A stretch of 64,000 nt of DNA, from NCBI GenBank assembly GCA_965263355.1, contig CBDHHL010000032.1, positions 2,880,001 to 2,944,000 on the forward strand, read 5' to 3'. Below, in pieces: positions 1-10,735 of this stretch (position 1 is the first letter of the stretch; each line of letters starts with the position of its first letter). The stretch comes from Leptolyngbyaceae cyanobacterium. GTDB lineage: Bacteria > Cyanobacteriota > Cyanobacteriia > Phormidesmidales > Phormidesmidaceae. The translations under genes and the position numbers were made by a program. Below the pieces are notes generated by a model. The model ran no database searches and was not told where the DNA came from. It was given only the letters and a program-made list of their open reading frames with translations.

Positions 1-230
1 GTAATAAGCTTGGGGATGATTTGAGTTGATGTACTTCAATTCGTATACTTCAAACTAAGGCTAATTAAGGCACTCGCTTATTGTTCTGTAGTTTCTGAAG
101 GCTTGCCTTCAGAAATTCATGGTAGGGAGTGGTGTCTAAGGCGACTGCGAGTACCCTGATGTCTATAACCTTAGGCCCAGAGTACTAAAACTGTTTGAGA
201 TGTTGCTCATAAACACTTCGGTTTCTAGTT

Positions 231-2027
231 ATGATGACCGTTGATTATCAACCTAATCAGACGGCTGATGTCCCAAAGGTATCTCAGCGTCCTTGTTTGG
301 ATCTTACCGTTGTTATTCCTACCTATAACGGAGCTGAGCGTATTCCTCAGGTGCTGGATGCGCTGAAAATTCAGCAAGATATGGATGGCATCCGTTGGGA
401 AGTGATTGTCTGCGACAATAATAGTTGCGATCGCACCGTCAATATAGTTTTAGATTATCAGCATACCTGGTTGCAAGATGTGCCACTACGTTACTGCTTT
501 GTTGCAGAGCAGGGGGCAGCTTTTGCTAGACAGCGAGGAGTGGTAGAAGCCAGTGGTCATATAGTTGCATTTCTTGATGACGATAACATTCCGACCCGTA
601 ATTGGCTAAGCAACGTACATCGTTTTGCCCAGGCTTATCCCAAAGCTGGTGCATTTGGTAGTCAAATCCATGGTGAATTTCACGGTGAGTTGCCCGAAGG
701 GTTTGAGCATATTGCCTGTTTTTTAGCGATTGTTGAACGAGGTAATCAGCCTCATCTTTATCAACCTAAATCTAAAATTCTTCCGCCAGCGGCAGGCTTA
801 GCAGTTCGTCGTTCAGCTTGGCTGAAAGTAGTTCCAGAACGTCTGTTTTTAAATCACAAAGGCAAATCAGCAGGCTTGGCTAGTGAAGATCTAGAAGCAC
901 TACTGCATATTCAAAGAGCAGGTTGGGAGATTTGGTATAACTCTGATATGGTGGTTACCCATCAAATTCCTGATAGCCGTTTGACACGAGAATATTTAAT
1001 TTCTCTTCTGCGCTGTGTGGGACTTAGTCGATTTTACATTCGATTTTTAGGGGCTAAAGATTGGCAAAAGCTTTTTAAGGTGCCAGCCTACATTGCCAAT
1101 GACCTACGTAAGCTAGCGCTTCATTATATGAAAAATGGACTGCAACAATGCGATCTCGATATTGTTGCTGCTTGTGAACGTTCACTACTCACAAACACAG
1201 TTGTTAGTCCTGGCTTTTTGATGAGAAAGGCATTTCAGGATTTTTGGCAGAATCAGCGAGACAACAAGCAACTTCCCGAACGTCAACAATGGTTACGACG
1301 CTTGACAGATGCATTTGAAGGTAAGCAGCTAGATCTATATCAGCAAGCGGTTGTTTGCCTTGACTCATCACAGTCAGTAAATCTTGATAATACAGTTCTG
1401 TCTCAAATTGAAATCTTACTCAGATTGCGACAAAAATCTCCAGATCTTCCACCAATTTCTCCAGCTCAATTCTTTCCAACAGCTGAGCGCTATGGCCTGA
1501 TGCGTACGCTTGATCGGCGTGTGATTCAGCAGGTCTGCCAAACTTTGGAGGGACGTTCTCTGGAGGCAGCATATTCTTTAAATCTCTCTGCAGCTAGTGT
1601 TTGTGACCCTAGCTTTCCTGTTTTTCTAGAAGATCAGCTGAGACGTTATTGTGTAAATCCTGAGAATATATACTTTGAGATTTCTGAGTCTGTGATGATG
1701 GACTCATTATCTGAAGTTGCAGTCTTGATTGGGCGTATAAAACCCCTGGGGCTACGTGTGATTATTGACGAGATTGGTTATGTTGCGGAGTCATTGGATT
1801 ACATGGCGCAGTTGCCGATTGATTGCTTGAAACTAAGCAAAGAGCTAATTAGCCAACCTAAACGTTCAAGTTTAGCTTTGTCAAATTGGATTAAATTTAG
1901 TCGTCAAAGGGGGATTCAGTTGGTTGCCAAAGGTGTGGAAACACAGGCTGAAGTAGATTATCTGAAAAGTTTAGGCATTGATTATCTTCAAGGGTATTAC
2001 TTGTCAGAGCCATTTTCGTTTACTTAA
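231..2027 (+). CDS. HpsE-like GT2 glycosyltransferase fused to a C-terminal degenerate EAL domain
   Basis: N-term VVIPTYNG...CDNNS...GAAFAR...FLDDD GT2 motifs, paralogous to 3343..4323. C-term EILLRL, FEISES, KGVET and LQGYY resemble an EAL domain. Confidence 0.88.
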   Translation: MMTVDYQPNQTADVPKVSQRPCLDLTVVIPTYNGAERIPQVLDALKIQQDMDGIRWEVIVCDNNSCDRTVNIVLDYQHTWLQDVPLRYCFVAEQGAAFARQRGVVEASGHIVAFLDDDNIPTRNWLSNVHRFAQAYPKAGAFGSQIHGEFHGELPEGFEHIACFLAIVERGNQPHLYQPKSKILPPAAGLAVRRSAWLKVVPERLFLNHKGKSAGLASEDLEALLHIQRAGWEIWYNSDMVVTHQIPDSRLTREYLISLLRCVGLSRFYIRFLGAKDWQKLFKVPAYIANDLRKLALHYMKNGLQQCDLDIVAACERSLLTNTVVSPGFLMRKAFQDFWQNQRDNKQLPERQQWLRRLTDAFEGKQLDLYQQAVVCLDSSQSVNLDNTVLSQIEILLRLRQKSPDLPPISPAQFFPTAERYGLMRTLDRRVIQQVCQTLEGRSLEAAYSLNLSAASVCDPSFPVFLEDQLRRYCVNPENIYFEISESVMMDSLSEVAVLIGRIKPLGLRVIIDEIGYVAESLDYMAQLPIDCLKLSKELISQPKRSSLALSNWIKFSRQRGIQLVAKGVETQAEVDYLKSLGIDYLQGYYLSEPFSFT

Positions 2028-2066
2028 ACTCCGACTACCTAATTTCTTAGCCTTGACCGATGACTG

Positions 2067-3278
2067 TTGTTAAGCACGAAGATATCAACGAGTTTTATGA
2101 TCGGTTTACCCAAAAAAATTGCAGTTCTTTTGCATGACCTTGACGCAGGAGGTATGCAAGCTATTTGCTTACGCCTGTTGACCTCATTGGCAAAACTACC
2201 TGCAATTGAACTGGAACTTATTTTGGCTAAGCGAACTGGCCTCTATATCAATCAACTGCCAGCTTCCGTCAAAGTTATTGACTTAGATGTCCCTTTTGAG
2301 CTGCGCCTTAAATGTATGTATAAGTTAACCCTGGCGCTCTCAAGCTACTTACGCTCTGCTCAGCCAGACATTATTCTGTCTAATTTACCCTTTGTTAACT
2401 TCGTTACAATTCTGGCTAAACTTGTTTCGCGAAGTTCAAGTATGTCTATCCTTGTGGAACATACCCTACCTCTCAAGCACTTCTTACAAAAGCAAGATAA
2501 TCAAAAGGTAAACGGTCAATTCCCTATTATTACTCATCAACTGGTTCGTTTACTTTATCCTTACGCTAATCATATTGTTGCCCCATCCACTGGTATTGCT
2601 TGTGAACTAGGGCAGTTTATTAAATTTAGACCTGAGCAGCTCAAAGTTATATACAATCCTGTTATAGATTCACAGCTTGAGGAAAAGTCTAGGATTAAGC
2701 CCGAGCATCCATGGTTTCGCTCAGGTGAACCGCCAGTATTACTGGCAGTTGGGAGGTTAGCTACCCAAAAAGACTATGAAACTCTTATTAGAGCTTTTGG
2801 TCAAGTTTCACAAACAAGGACTGTTCGTCTGATGATTCTTGGTGAGGGGGAGTTGCGGCCTCAATTAGAAGATTTAATCCAATCACTAGAACTTAAGCCC
2901 AATGTTGCCTTACCCGGTTTTGTGGGCAACCCCTACTCATACATGCGTGCATCATTTGCATTTATATTGTCTTCTATTTGGGAAATTTTGCCAACGGTGC
3001 TTATTGAAGCTCTAGCCTGTGAATGCCTGATAATATCTACTGATTGTGACTATGGCCCGGCTGAAATTCTTGAGGATGGAAAGTATGGGACGTTAGTTCC
3101 TGTAAATGATCCAACGACTCTAGCTAAAGCTATAGAAGCAATTTTTTCTTCATCCTATGAACAACTTTATCAACGGAAACAGATGTTGAAAGAGCGAACA
3201 AATGTATTTTCAACTGATTACTCGATTGAACAATATCTAAATCTTATGCAATTAGGTCGAGAGAATATTAATGAATAG
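2067..3278 (+). CDS. GT4 (GT-B) glycosyltransferase
   Basis: AGG N-term, VGRLATQKDY, SSIWEILPTVLIEALAC, DCDYGPAEIL motifs; likely start ATG at 2097. Confidence 0.9.
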   Translation: MLSTKISTSFMIGLPKKIAVLLHDLDAGGMQAICLRLLTSLAKLPAIELELILAKRTGLYINQLPASVKVIDLDVPFELRLKCMYKLTLALSSYLRSAQPDIILSNLPFVNFVTILAKLVSRSSSMSILVEHTLPLKHFLQKQDNQKVNGQFPIITHQLVRLLYPYANHIVAPSTGIACELGQFIKFRPEQLKVIYNPVIDSQLEEKSRIKPEHPWFRSGEPPVLLAVGRLATQKDYETLIRAFGQVSQTRTVRLMILGEGELRPQLEDLIQSLELKPNVALPGFVGNPYSYMRASFAFILSSIWEILPTVLIEALACECLIISTDCDYGPAEILEDGKYGTLVPVNDPTTLAKAIEAIFSSSYEQLYQRKQMLKERTNVFSTDYSIEQYLNLMQLGRENINE

Positions 3279-3342
3279 AAATTAAAGAAGTATCCGTAAA
3301 GCAGCGCAATGAGTTAATCAGTTCTTCTACATCAACATTATT

Positions 3343-4323
3343 ATGACAATTGATTTTACCCTGGTAATCCCCACCTATAATGGCGCAAAAAGGCTACCTT
3401 CCCTTTTGGATAGCCTGCTTGCACAAACTGATTTAGATCCGCTCTGCTGGCAAGTTATCGTTGTTGATAACAATAGCACTGATGCGACATCGCAAGTTTT
3501 GAAAGAGTATCAACAGACTTGGACAAGTAGTACAACCAATAGTTCCATAGAATATGTACTAGAAACTCAGCAAGGTGCAGCGTTTGCTCGTCAACGAGGC
3601 ATGCAGCTAGCAAAAAGCGAGCTAGTTGGCTTCCTTGATGATGATGTAGTTCCTGCTTCTGACTGGATTGCATCTGCTTATCAATTTGGACTAACGCATC
3701 CTAACGTAGGTGCCTATGGAGGACGCATCATTGGCAAGTTTGAAGTGGCACCACCCGAGAACTTTAAGAGAATTCAGTCGTTCCTCGCTATTCGAGACCG
3801 TGGTAGTTCCCCGCATCTCTACAAACCAGAGAATTTGATTTTGCCTCCTTCAGCAGCTTGGGTAATTAAAAAACAAGCTTGGCTAGAAACTGTTCCACCC
3901 CAGCCTAAGTTGAGTGGGCGAACGGGAAAATCCATGGTTCAGGGAGATGATTATGAACCGTTACTCCATATTCATAATGCAGGTTGGGAGATTTGGTATC
4001 ATCCTGGGATGTATGTTGAACATCATATTCCAGCGAGTAGACTGCAAGATGAGTATTTGCTTGCTCTCAGTCGTGGCTGTGGCTTATGTATTTTCCAATT
4101 ACGCCTGATCACATCTAAAAATTGGGAGAAGCCGATTACGCTTATCAAAATTGTGTTAGGAAACTTAAATAGAACGATATTACACTTCTTTAAATATCGT
4201 CAGCAGCTAAGGTCAGATATTGTAGCCCAGTGTGAGATGAATTTTTTTATAAGTGGTTTTTTGAGTCCTGCCTACTATTTTAGCCGTTTACTCAGAGATG
4301 CGTTCTCTCGGCAAGGTGTGTAG
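3343..4323 (+). CDS. hpsE: HpsE-like hormogonium polysaccharide GT2 glycosyltransferase
   Basis: LVIPTYNG, VDNNSTD, QGAAFARQ, FLDDD, AGWEIWY pattern typical of cyanobacterial HpsE-family GT2. Confidence 0.8.
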   Translation: MTIDFTLVIPTYNGAKRLPSLLDSLLAQTDLDPLCWQVIVVDNNSTDATSQVLKEYQQTWTSSTTNSSIEYVLETQQGAAFARQRGMQLAKSELVGFLDDDVVPASDWIASAYQFGLTHPNVGAYGGRIIGKFEVAPPENFKRIQSFLAIRDRGSSPHLYKPENLILPPSAAWVIKKQAWLETVPPQPKLSGRTGKSMVQGDDYEPLLHIHNAGWEIWYHPGMYVEHHIPASRLQDEYLLALSRGCGLCIFQLRLITSKNWEKPITLIKIVLGNLNRTILHFFKYRQQLRSDIVAQCEMNFFISGFLSPAYYFSRLLRDAFSRQGV

Positions 4324-4411
4324 ATGCTACTCTCTAACGCTGTGTGACCCTTGATGTTTATGCATTCTATACTGTCAGTTATTTGCTTAATGTTCTCTGG
4401 ATAATCAAAAT

Positions 4412-5602
4412 ATGGTCGTTATTAGAAAAAAGCCAATCATATTGCTGTATGGAGGTTTTTGGGCCGCTAACCGGTGTGAATATCTCGTAGAATTTTTAAT
4501 CGCTTCAGGATATTACGTATCTGGTGTTTTTCCAGATTTTTATTCTAGTGAAAGACAGCAAAGAAATTTTCTGACCAAAGTGTTTAGAAAAATAGCTTTT
4601 CCAGTTTTTGCCCTGATTGAGCTATTTGTGAAAGCTAGTTTTGCTGATGTTATATATATTTTACCTGGAAACGTAAGCCTCTTTAAATATGCCTTGCTAG
4701 CCGCAAGAGTTTTCAAAACTAGGATTATATTAGAGTTCTATGACAGTATGTATACTCACTATATGGAGAATAAAGGTGCAGGATCTATTGCTCCAGAAGA
4801 ACTCAAAAGAGTTAAGCAAGACAATGTTAACTTAAATCCTGAAAATGAAAAGCTTGCTATTAGAAAAGCAGACTATATTATTCATGTATCTAACTGTGAG
4901 CTTGGTTATCTCTCTAAAGTTTTAGAAATAAATATCGATTTTGATAAAGTCTTTGTGGTCCCTATCTTTTGTTCTGATAGGCCTGCCTATGCTAGAGAGT
5001 TTATGCAAGATGGCGTATTTAGGATATGTTGGTGGGGAAGCTTTTTGCCGATGCATGGCTTAGACTATATCCTGATTGCATTGAATAAGCTGAAGCAGGA
5101 TGGACTAAATTTTGAGTGCGACTTATTTGGAGCTTATTCTGCTGGCTCACGAGCTTACTTTTTTGAGAAATATAGGCAAGAAATTGCATCTCAGTCACTT
5201 GACTCGCATGTTAAGCTCAGGCGAGATTTAACGTTTATTGATGGCAAATTACCTGAATACCTTATAAGCCATTGTGATTTATCTTTAGGAATTTTTGGTG
5301 ATACTTTGAAAGCTGAGAGTTCTGTACCAAATAAGTTGATTGAATCCTTATCAATGGGAATTCCGACACTTACTCGCTCTTCTCCGGTGTTAGAGGAGTT
5401 TTTTGATGTGCAGGCAGACTTTTGGACTTGTCAACCTTCTCCAGAATCCATAGCCCAAGCAATTTCGGATGTTTACCATCAAAAATCGCATCCGGTACAT
5501 TGGGGGAAAACTCGAGATAAGGTTCGCAACACCTTTAATGCTGAAACCTATAGAAAGGTAGTTAGCAAGGTTTTGAATCAGGTGAATCAGGACTTACTCT
5601 AG
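4412..5602 (+). CDS. GT4-like glycosyltransferase (paralogue of 15336..16502)
   Basis: CWWGSFLPMHG, CDLSLGIFGDT.KA..VPNKLIESL motifs. Confidence 0.85.
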   Translation: MVVIRKKPIILLYGGFWAANRCEYLVEFLIASGYYVSGVFPDFYSSERQQRNFLTKVFRKIAFPVFALIELFVKASFADVIYILPGNVSLFKYALLAARVFKTRIILEFYDSMYTHYMENKGAGSIAPEELKRVKQDNVNLNPENEKLAIRKADYIIHVSNCELGYLSKVLEINIDFDKVFVVPIFCSDRPAYAREFMQDGVFRICWWGSFLPMHGLDYILIALNKLKQDGLNFECDLFGAYSAGSRAYFFEKYRQEIASQSLDSHVKLRRDLTFIDGKLPEYLISHCDLSLGIFGDTLKAESSVPNKLIESLSMGIPTLTRSSPVLEEFFDVQADFWTCQPSPESIAQAISDVYHQKSHPVHWGKTRDKVRNTFNAETYRKVVSKVLNQVNQDLL

Positions 5603-5636
5603 GTGTAAACTTTTTGACGTTTGCTTTAGTTTCTCT

Positions 5637-6917
5637 ATGCAAAGAAGTGTTTTTGTCCTACCCCGTGGTATTGAACTAGGAGGCGTAACTATCTGGTCGC
5701 TCAAGATGGTACGTCATCTAACTGACAGCAACTATTCTGCAAATATTTTAAGACATCAGGAAAGTAGCCCTGTTGATGATGATTTGTTGATTGCTCAGCT
5801 ACCAATCCTTAGCTGTCCAGGTAAACCTGCTTGGTCAGCCAATGTAAAGGATATCAAGACATATTTGCCAACCTATCAGCAAACATTGCCTGCCACGTTG
5901 ATTCCGAATTGGACTTTTGGAACCTATGCAACTTGTGCTGCTTTGAGTAGTACGCAGGCTGATGGTATGCGTGTCATTGGTATTGCCCACAGTGATGAGG
6001 ATATTTTTTATGCTTGGTTACAATATTACGAGCCGATTATTCATACGTATGTTGCCGTCAGTGAAAAAATTGCTACTGTTTTGAAGGCGCGATTACCCGA
6101 GCGTTCAGATGATATTGTTGTTAGGTCCTGTCCGGTCGATGTACCACCTGACTTTAATCGTATACCTGCTGATGGCAACAAGGTACCGATCAAGTTAATG
6201 TATGCAGGCAGAGTTCAAAATCAGCAAAAGCGTATCTCTGATTTGTTGATACTTGTTAAGCTACTAACCCAAAAGAAAATTGACTTTAAACTGACTATTG
6301 TGGGTGATGGTGGTGAAAGGCAGTGGTTGGAGAAACAGTTTGCGAGATTGATGGGGTCTGACGCGTGCCAAAAGGTTGTTTTTGTGGGTACAGTAAATCC
6401 TGATCAGATGCCCCACTATTGGCGATCAGCTGATATTGGTTTACTTGTTTCTGATTTTGAAGGGACTTCAATTTCTATGCTGGAGTCGATGGCCCAGGGT
6501 TGTGTTCCCATAGTCACTGATGTGAGTGGTGTTAAGGCTGTCATCCAGGATGGGGAAAATGGGTTTAAGGTTCCCATTGGGGATATGACTACCATGGCCA
6601 ATATTATTCAGCGCTTGCACACCGATAGGCAGCTATTACAGCAACTGGGACGGCAGGCTCATCTTAAGGTGCTTCATAACTATGCGTTTGCTGACTACAT
6701 TCCTTGGTTTGCGGAGTTGACAGAGCAGGGTTGGCAAAAACCACCAAGAAATTGGCCACCCGAACGGCCCTTATTGCCTGATCCGTTACCAACGCAGCCA
6801 CAATCAACACGCTACAGACGCGCTATTAATAAATTGAAAAAGTATCTATGGAATACGAAACTAATGATAAAACTTTATGGAGTTAATGCAATCCCATCTT
6901 TACTTAGTTGGGACTGA
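5637..6917 (+). CDS. GT4 glycosyltransferase
   Basis: YAGRVQNQQKR, SDFEGTSISMLESMAQG (EX7E), DGENG. Confidence 0.9.
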   Translation: MQRSVFVLPRGIELGGVTIWSLKMVRHLTDSNYSANILRHQESSPVDDDLLIAQLPILSCPGKPAWSANVKDIKTYLPTYQQTLPATLIPNWTFGTYATCAALSSTQADGMRVIGIAHSDEDIFYAWLQYYEPIIHTYVAVSEKIATVLKARLPERSDDIVVRSCPVDVPPDFNRIPADGNKVPIKLMYAGRVQNQQKRISDLLILVKLLTQKKIDFKLTIVGDGGERQWLEKQFARLMGSDACQKVVFVGTVNPDQMPHYWRSADIGLLVSDFEGTSISMLESMAQGCVPIVTDVSGVKAVIQDGENGFKVPIGDMTTMANIIQRLHTDRQLLQQLGRQAHLKVLHNYAFADYIPWFAELTEQGWQKPPRNWPPERPLLPDPLPTQPQSTRYRRAINKLKKYLWNTKLMIKLYGVNAIPSLLSWD

Positions 6918-7024
6918 TCTAGTTACCTAACCTAAGTTTATTAAAAGGCTAAGGTAACCCTATGGATGAGCAATCATGGTACAACATTCATGGCTGTTAA
7001 TCAAGACATCGCAGGGAGTGTTCG

Positions 7025-8266
7025 ATGACGCATTCATCTTGTCGGTTTTGCAAGACACCTCTACATTACACATTTGCTAACTTGGGTGTTTCACCTATTT
7101 CAAATGATTACCTTGACCAGGCTCATCTTAAGCAGGCTGAAAAATTTTATCCATTACATGCATATATATGTGAAGAGTGTTTACTGGTTCAACTCGAAGA
7201 ATTTGAGTCTCCCGAGCATCTTTTTGGAGACGGTGACTATGCTTATTTTTCCTCCTATTCTGAAAACTGGCTGAATCATTCCAGGGCGTATACCGATTTA
7301 GTGATCGAGCGATTTGGCTTAAACGCTAATAATCTGGTAATCGAAATTGCAAGTAATGACGGCTATCTTCTGCAATATTTTGTCAAACAAGGTATTCCCG
7401 TGCTTGGTGTAGAGCCTGCTTCTAACGTGGCAGCCGCAGCTGTGGAGAAGGGGGTGCCAAGTTGGGTTAAGTTTTTTGGTGTCGAGACTGCAAAAGAACT
7501 AGTGGCCGCCAATAAACGGGCTGATCTTTTATTAGCTAACAATGTTTTGGCTCATGTGCCAGATTTGAATGATTTTGTTGCGGGGATGCAGATTGTCCTG
7601 AATCTGCAGGGGATTATTACAGTTGAGTTTCCTCACTTGCTGCGGTTAATTCGAGGTAATCAGTTTGATACTATCTACCACGAACATTTTTCCTATTTTT
7701 CCTTTTTAACTGTTGAGAAAATTTTTGCCCATCATAGGCTCACACTGTTTGATGTAGATGAGTTGTCAACCCATGGAGGATCGCTGCGTATCTATGCCCG
7801 CCATGTGGATGATTCTAGCCATCCTATTACTGAGAGAGTGAAGTTGCTGAGACAGAAAGAATTGGAAGCAGGTCTTACCGAAGTTCAGACGTATTTGAAT
7901 TTTGAAGAACAGATCAGGTCTACTAAACGCAAGCTGCTCAGTTTTTTAATTGAAGCTAAAGCAGAAAAAAAGGTGATTGTTGGTTATGGTGCTCCTGCCA
8001 AGGGAAATACCTTGCTTAATTACTGCGGTGTGGGGACAGATTTTCTCGACTATACGGTAGATTGCAATCCTCATAAGCAATCATTATTCTTGCCTGGTAC
8101 CCGTATTCCAATTTTTGCGCCTGATCGTATTTTTGAGACAAAGCCCGACTATGTGCTGATATTACCTTGGAATATTAAGGATGAGATCATGGGGCAGATG
8201 TCAGGGATCCGTGAATGGGGAGGGAAGTTTGTTACGCCAATTCCTGAGGTACAGATTTGCCCATAA
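7025..8266 (+). CDS. SAM-dependent NDP-hexose C-methyltransferase family protein
   Basis: Zn-binding CRFC...CEEC N-term, EIASNDGYLL, FDTIYHEH, HGGSLR, GYGAPAKG motifs. Confidence 0.9.
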   Translation: MTHSSCRFCKTPLHYTFANLGVSPISNDYLDQAHLKQAEKFYPLHAYICEECLLVQLEEFESPEHLFGDGDYAYFSSYSENWLNHSRAYTDLVIERFGLNANNLVIEIASNDGYLLQYFVKQGIPVLGVEPASNVAAAAVEKGVPSWVKFFGVETAKELVAANKRADLLLANNVLAHVPDLNDFVAGMQIVLNLQGIITVEFPHLLRLIRGNQFDTIYHEHFSYFSFLTVEKIFAHHRLTLFDVDELSTHGGSLRIYARHVDDSSHPITERVKLLRQKELEAGLTEVQTYLNFEEQIRSTKRKLLSFLIEAKAEKKVIVGYGAPAKGNTLLNYCGVGTDFLDYTVDCNPHKQSLFLPGTRIPIFAPDRIFETKPDYVLILPWNIKDEIMGQMSGIREWGGKFVTPIPEVQICP

Positions 8267-8374
8267 AGTGTGTAGGGGAGCAGGGATATGGTAGAGAAAT
8301 AGTTAGAGTCCATGATTGCGTCCCCACTTTAAAGGCAACATGTAAACAACTAAACAATTGAATCTACAAGACTG

Positions 8375-9097
8375 ATGCAATGCTTTAATAATCAGACTGC
8401 TGTAGTAACGGGTGCAAGTAGTGGAATTGGGCGGGCAACAGCGCTGGCTCTTGCACAGCAGGGTGCTAATCTCTGTTTGCTGGGTAGGAACAAGTCTGCC
8501 CTTGAAGCTGTTGTCAAGCAAGCTGAATCATATAATGTACAGGCAATTTCCTGTCCTTTTGATTTAGCTGAGATCGCATCTACTCAAGCCATGCTAGCTG
8601 CCCTTAAACAGGTGCAAGAGGTGCATATCCTTATACATAGTGCTGGTACTTTCACACTGGGTAGTTTGTCAAATTCTTCTCTGGTGTCGTTAGACTATCA
8701 ATATAAGGTGAATGTTCGAGCACCCTACTTGATCACGCAAGTGCTGCTATCCAGAATGCCTGCGTTCAATGCCCAAATTGTGTTTGTTAATTCAACTCTA
8801 GGGTTGGTGGCGAAGGGGGGAGTTGGTCAATATGCTGCTTCTAAACATGCGTTAAAGGCAATTGCTGATAGTTTACGTGAAGAACTCAGTTCTCAGGGGA
8901 TTCGAGTTTTGAGTGTCTATCCTGGACGAACAGCCAGTCCTATGCAAGCCCAGGTTCATGTCTTAGAAGGTAAGCCTTATTTGCCCGATAGCCTCATGCA
9001 GCCTGAAGATGTTGCGGCGACTATTGTGCACACCTTGGGGTTACCAAAGACTGCTGAGGTGACCGATCTAAGGCTAGTTCCTCGTAAGAATCAATAG
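8375..9097 (+). CDS. Short-chain dehydrogenase/reductase
   Basis: TGASSGIG NAD(P) motif and YAASK catalytic motif. Confidence 0.92.
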   Translation: MQCFNNQTAVVTGASSGIGRATALALAQQGANLCLLGRNKSALEAVVKQAESYNVQAISCPFDLAEIASTQAMLAALKQVQEVHILIHSAGTFTLGSLSNSSLVSLDYQYKVNVRAPYLITQVLLSRMPAFNAQIVFVNSTLGLVAKGGVGQYAASKHALKAIADSLREELSSQGIRVLSVYPGRTASPMQAQVHVLEGKPYLPDSLMQPEDVAATIVHTLGLPKTAEVTDLRLVPRKNQ

Positions 9098-9396
9098 TCA
9101 TCAATAGTTCTTCTCAATTTATACCAACAATTAACTACAGCGAATGTAGCAGATGTTTGACAATATGAGAGTGAAATAAGAGTTAGGTGTTGTTGACTAA
9201 ATGGAGAGCGCGTCAGCCTTCTAATGGCAAATATTCTATGATTTGAGGGGGGTATAGATTATTTGCCGTTGATCTGAAAATACTAGGGTTAGTCATTCTG
9301 ATACCCTTCAAACTTTTGTCAGTCAATCAGGTGAGTGTCTTAAGAGTTAGTCATTTGATAGTTTGTACAAGCTCTTTAAAGCGGAGGAGTTAACTG

Positions 9397-10329
9397 GTGT
9401 TACCAAATTTCCTGGTTATTGGCGCAGCGAAGGCAGGGACTACATCTCTCCACAGTTATCTGACCCAGCATCCAGAAATTTATATGAGTTCTGTCAAGGA
9501 ACCGGGCTACTTTATGTTTGCTGACGATGGCCTTACCTATGAAGGCCCGAAAGATATAGAGGTATTACAAAATCTGGGTTTTGATGTTACGGATTTGGAT
9601 GTTTATCAAAGCTTATTTAGGGATACCTTGGATGCAAGGGCTGTAGGTGAGTCAACTCCTTTCTATCTATATAGTGCCAAAGCTTGTCAACGGATTAAAT
9701 ATCTTATTCCTGATGTAAAGCTTATTGCGATTTTACGCAGTCCTATGGAGCGTGCTTATTCTAACTATATGCATCAAGTGAATTGGGGACGTGAAAGTCT
9801 TCGAACGTTTGATCAAGCACTTCAAGCAGAAGAGGATCGGATTGCGCATAACTGGCACCCGGTTTGGCATTATAAAGAACAGGGATTTTATTTTGCTCAG
9901 CTGAAGCGATATTTTGATGAATTTCCTCGCAGTCAGATTAGGGTTTACCTTTATGAGGATCTAAATCGAAATGCCACTGCATTAATGCAAGATATTTTTC
10001 AGTTTCTTGGTGTTGATGATAGCTTTTGTTCAGATGTAACTGTTAGACATAACAGTTCAGATAGTGCAAAGAAAATAGCTGACAATGTGAGGCATGAGGC
10101 CTTGCTTCAGCAATTTAGGCGTCTTAAACCCATGACTGCAAGGCTTATGCCAGATGCTTTGCAGCGTCTGCTTGGTAAAGGATTGGGGGCTATAATCAGA
10201 AAAAATGTCAGCTATACTACTCCGCCATTCACAGCAGCTGTTCGAAGCAAACTACTGTCAGCGTATCGCGATGATATTCTCAAACTACAGGAGTTGATTC
10301 AAAAAGATCTTGCTGACTGGCTGGTTTAA
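9397..10329 (+). CDS. PAPS-dependent sulfotransferase
   Basis: PNFLVIGAAKAGTTSL 5'-PSB loop, GESTPFY, LRSPMERAYS 3'-PB motif; GTG start after GGAGG. Confidence 0.92.
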   Translation: MLPNFLVIGAAKAGTTSLHSYLTQHPEIYMSSVKEPGYFMFADDGLTYEGPKDIEVLQNLGFDVTDLDVYQSLFRDTLDARAVGESTPFYLYSAKACQRIKYLIPDVKLIAILRSPMERAYSNYMHQVNWGRESLRTFDQALQAEEDRIAHNWHPVWHYKEQGFYFAQLKRYFDEFPRSQIRVYLYEDLNRNATALMQDIFQFLGVDDSFCSDVTVRHNSSDSAKKIADNVRHEALLQQFRRLKPMTARLMPDALQRLLGKGLGAIIRKNVSYTTPPFTAAVRSKLLSAYRDDILKLQELIQKDLADWLV

Positions 10330-10735
10330 GGAGATTTAAAGCTTTTTGGGATTTTAATGCTAGAAGTTAGCTAGACATTGAAATATGGGTTTTTTCAAAT
10401 CTCACTGATAAATGTCAATCAAGATTCAAGCAGTTCAGAACTTTAAAGACTTGGTAAAGTGGAGTTGATAGCTTCGGATAGTTTTTGTTTTCTCAAATTA
10501 GAATATGCGCAGCTGAGATGGGAAGCTTTTAAAGGTACTTTTTACTACCTTAAAGTGCTTTAAATTACGTAGGGTAATCTCTGAAATCTTCTTCTTATGT
10601 TGAGTTTGCTATGTTCTAAGTAGCAATTATGCCTTGATAAGTCGGTCTTTAGTGCGTGCCTAAATATTTTTCTACGAAAAATCAACTGTATAAATTTGAA
10701 GTGCGATCGCTTTTATTAACGATATTGATTTAATT

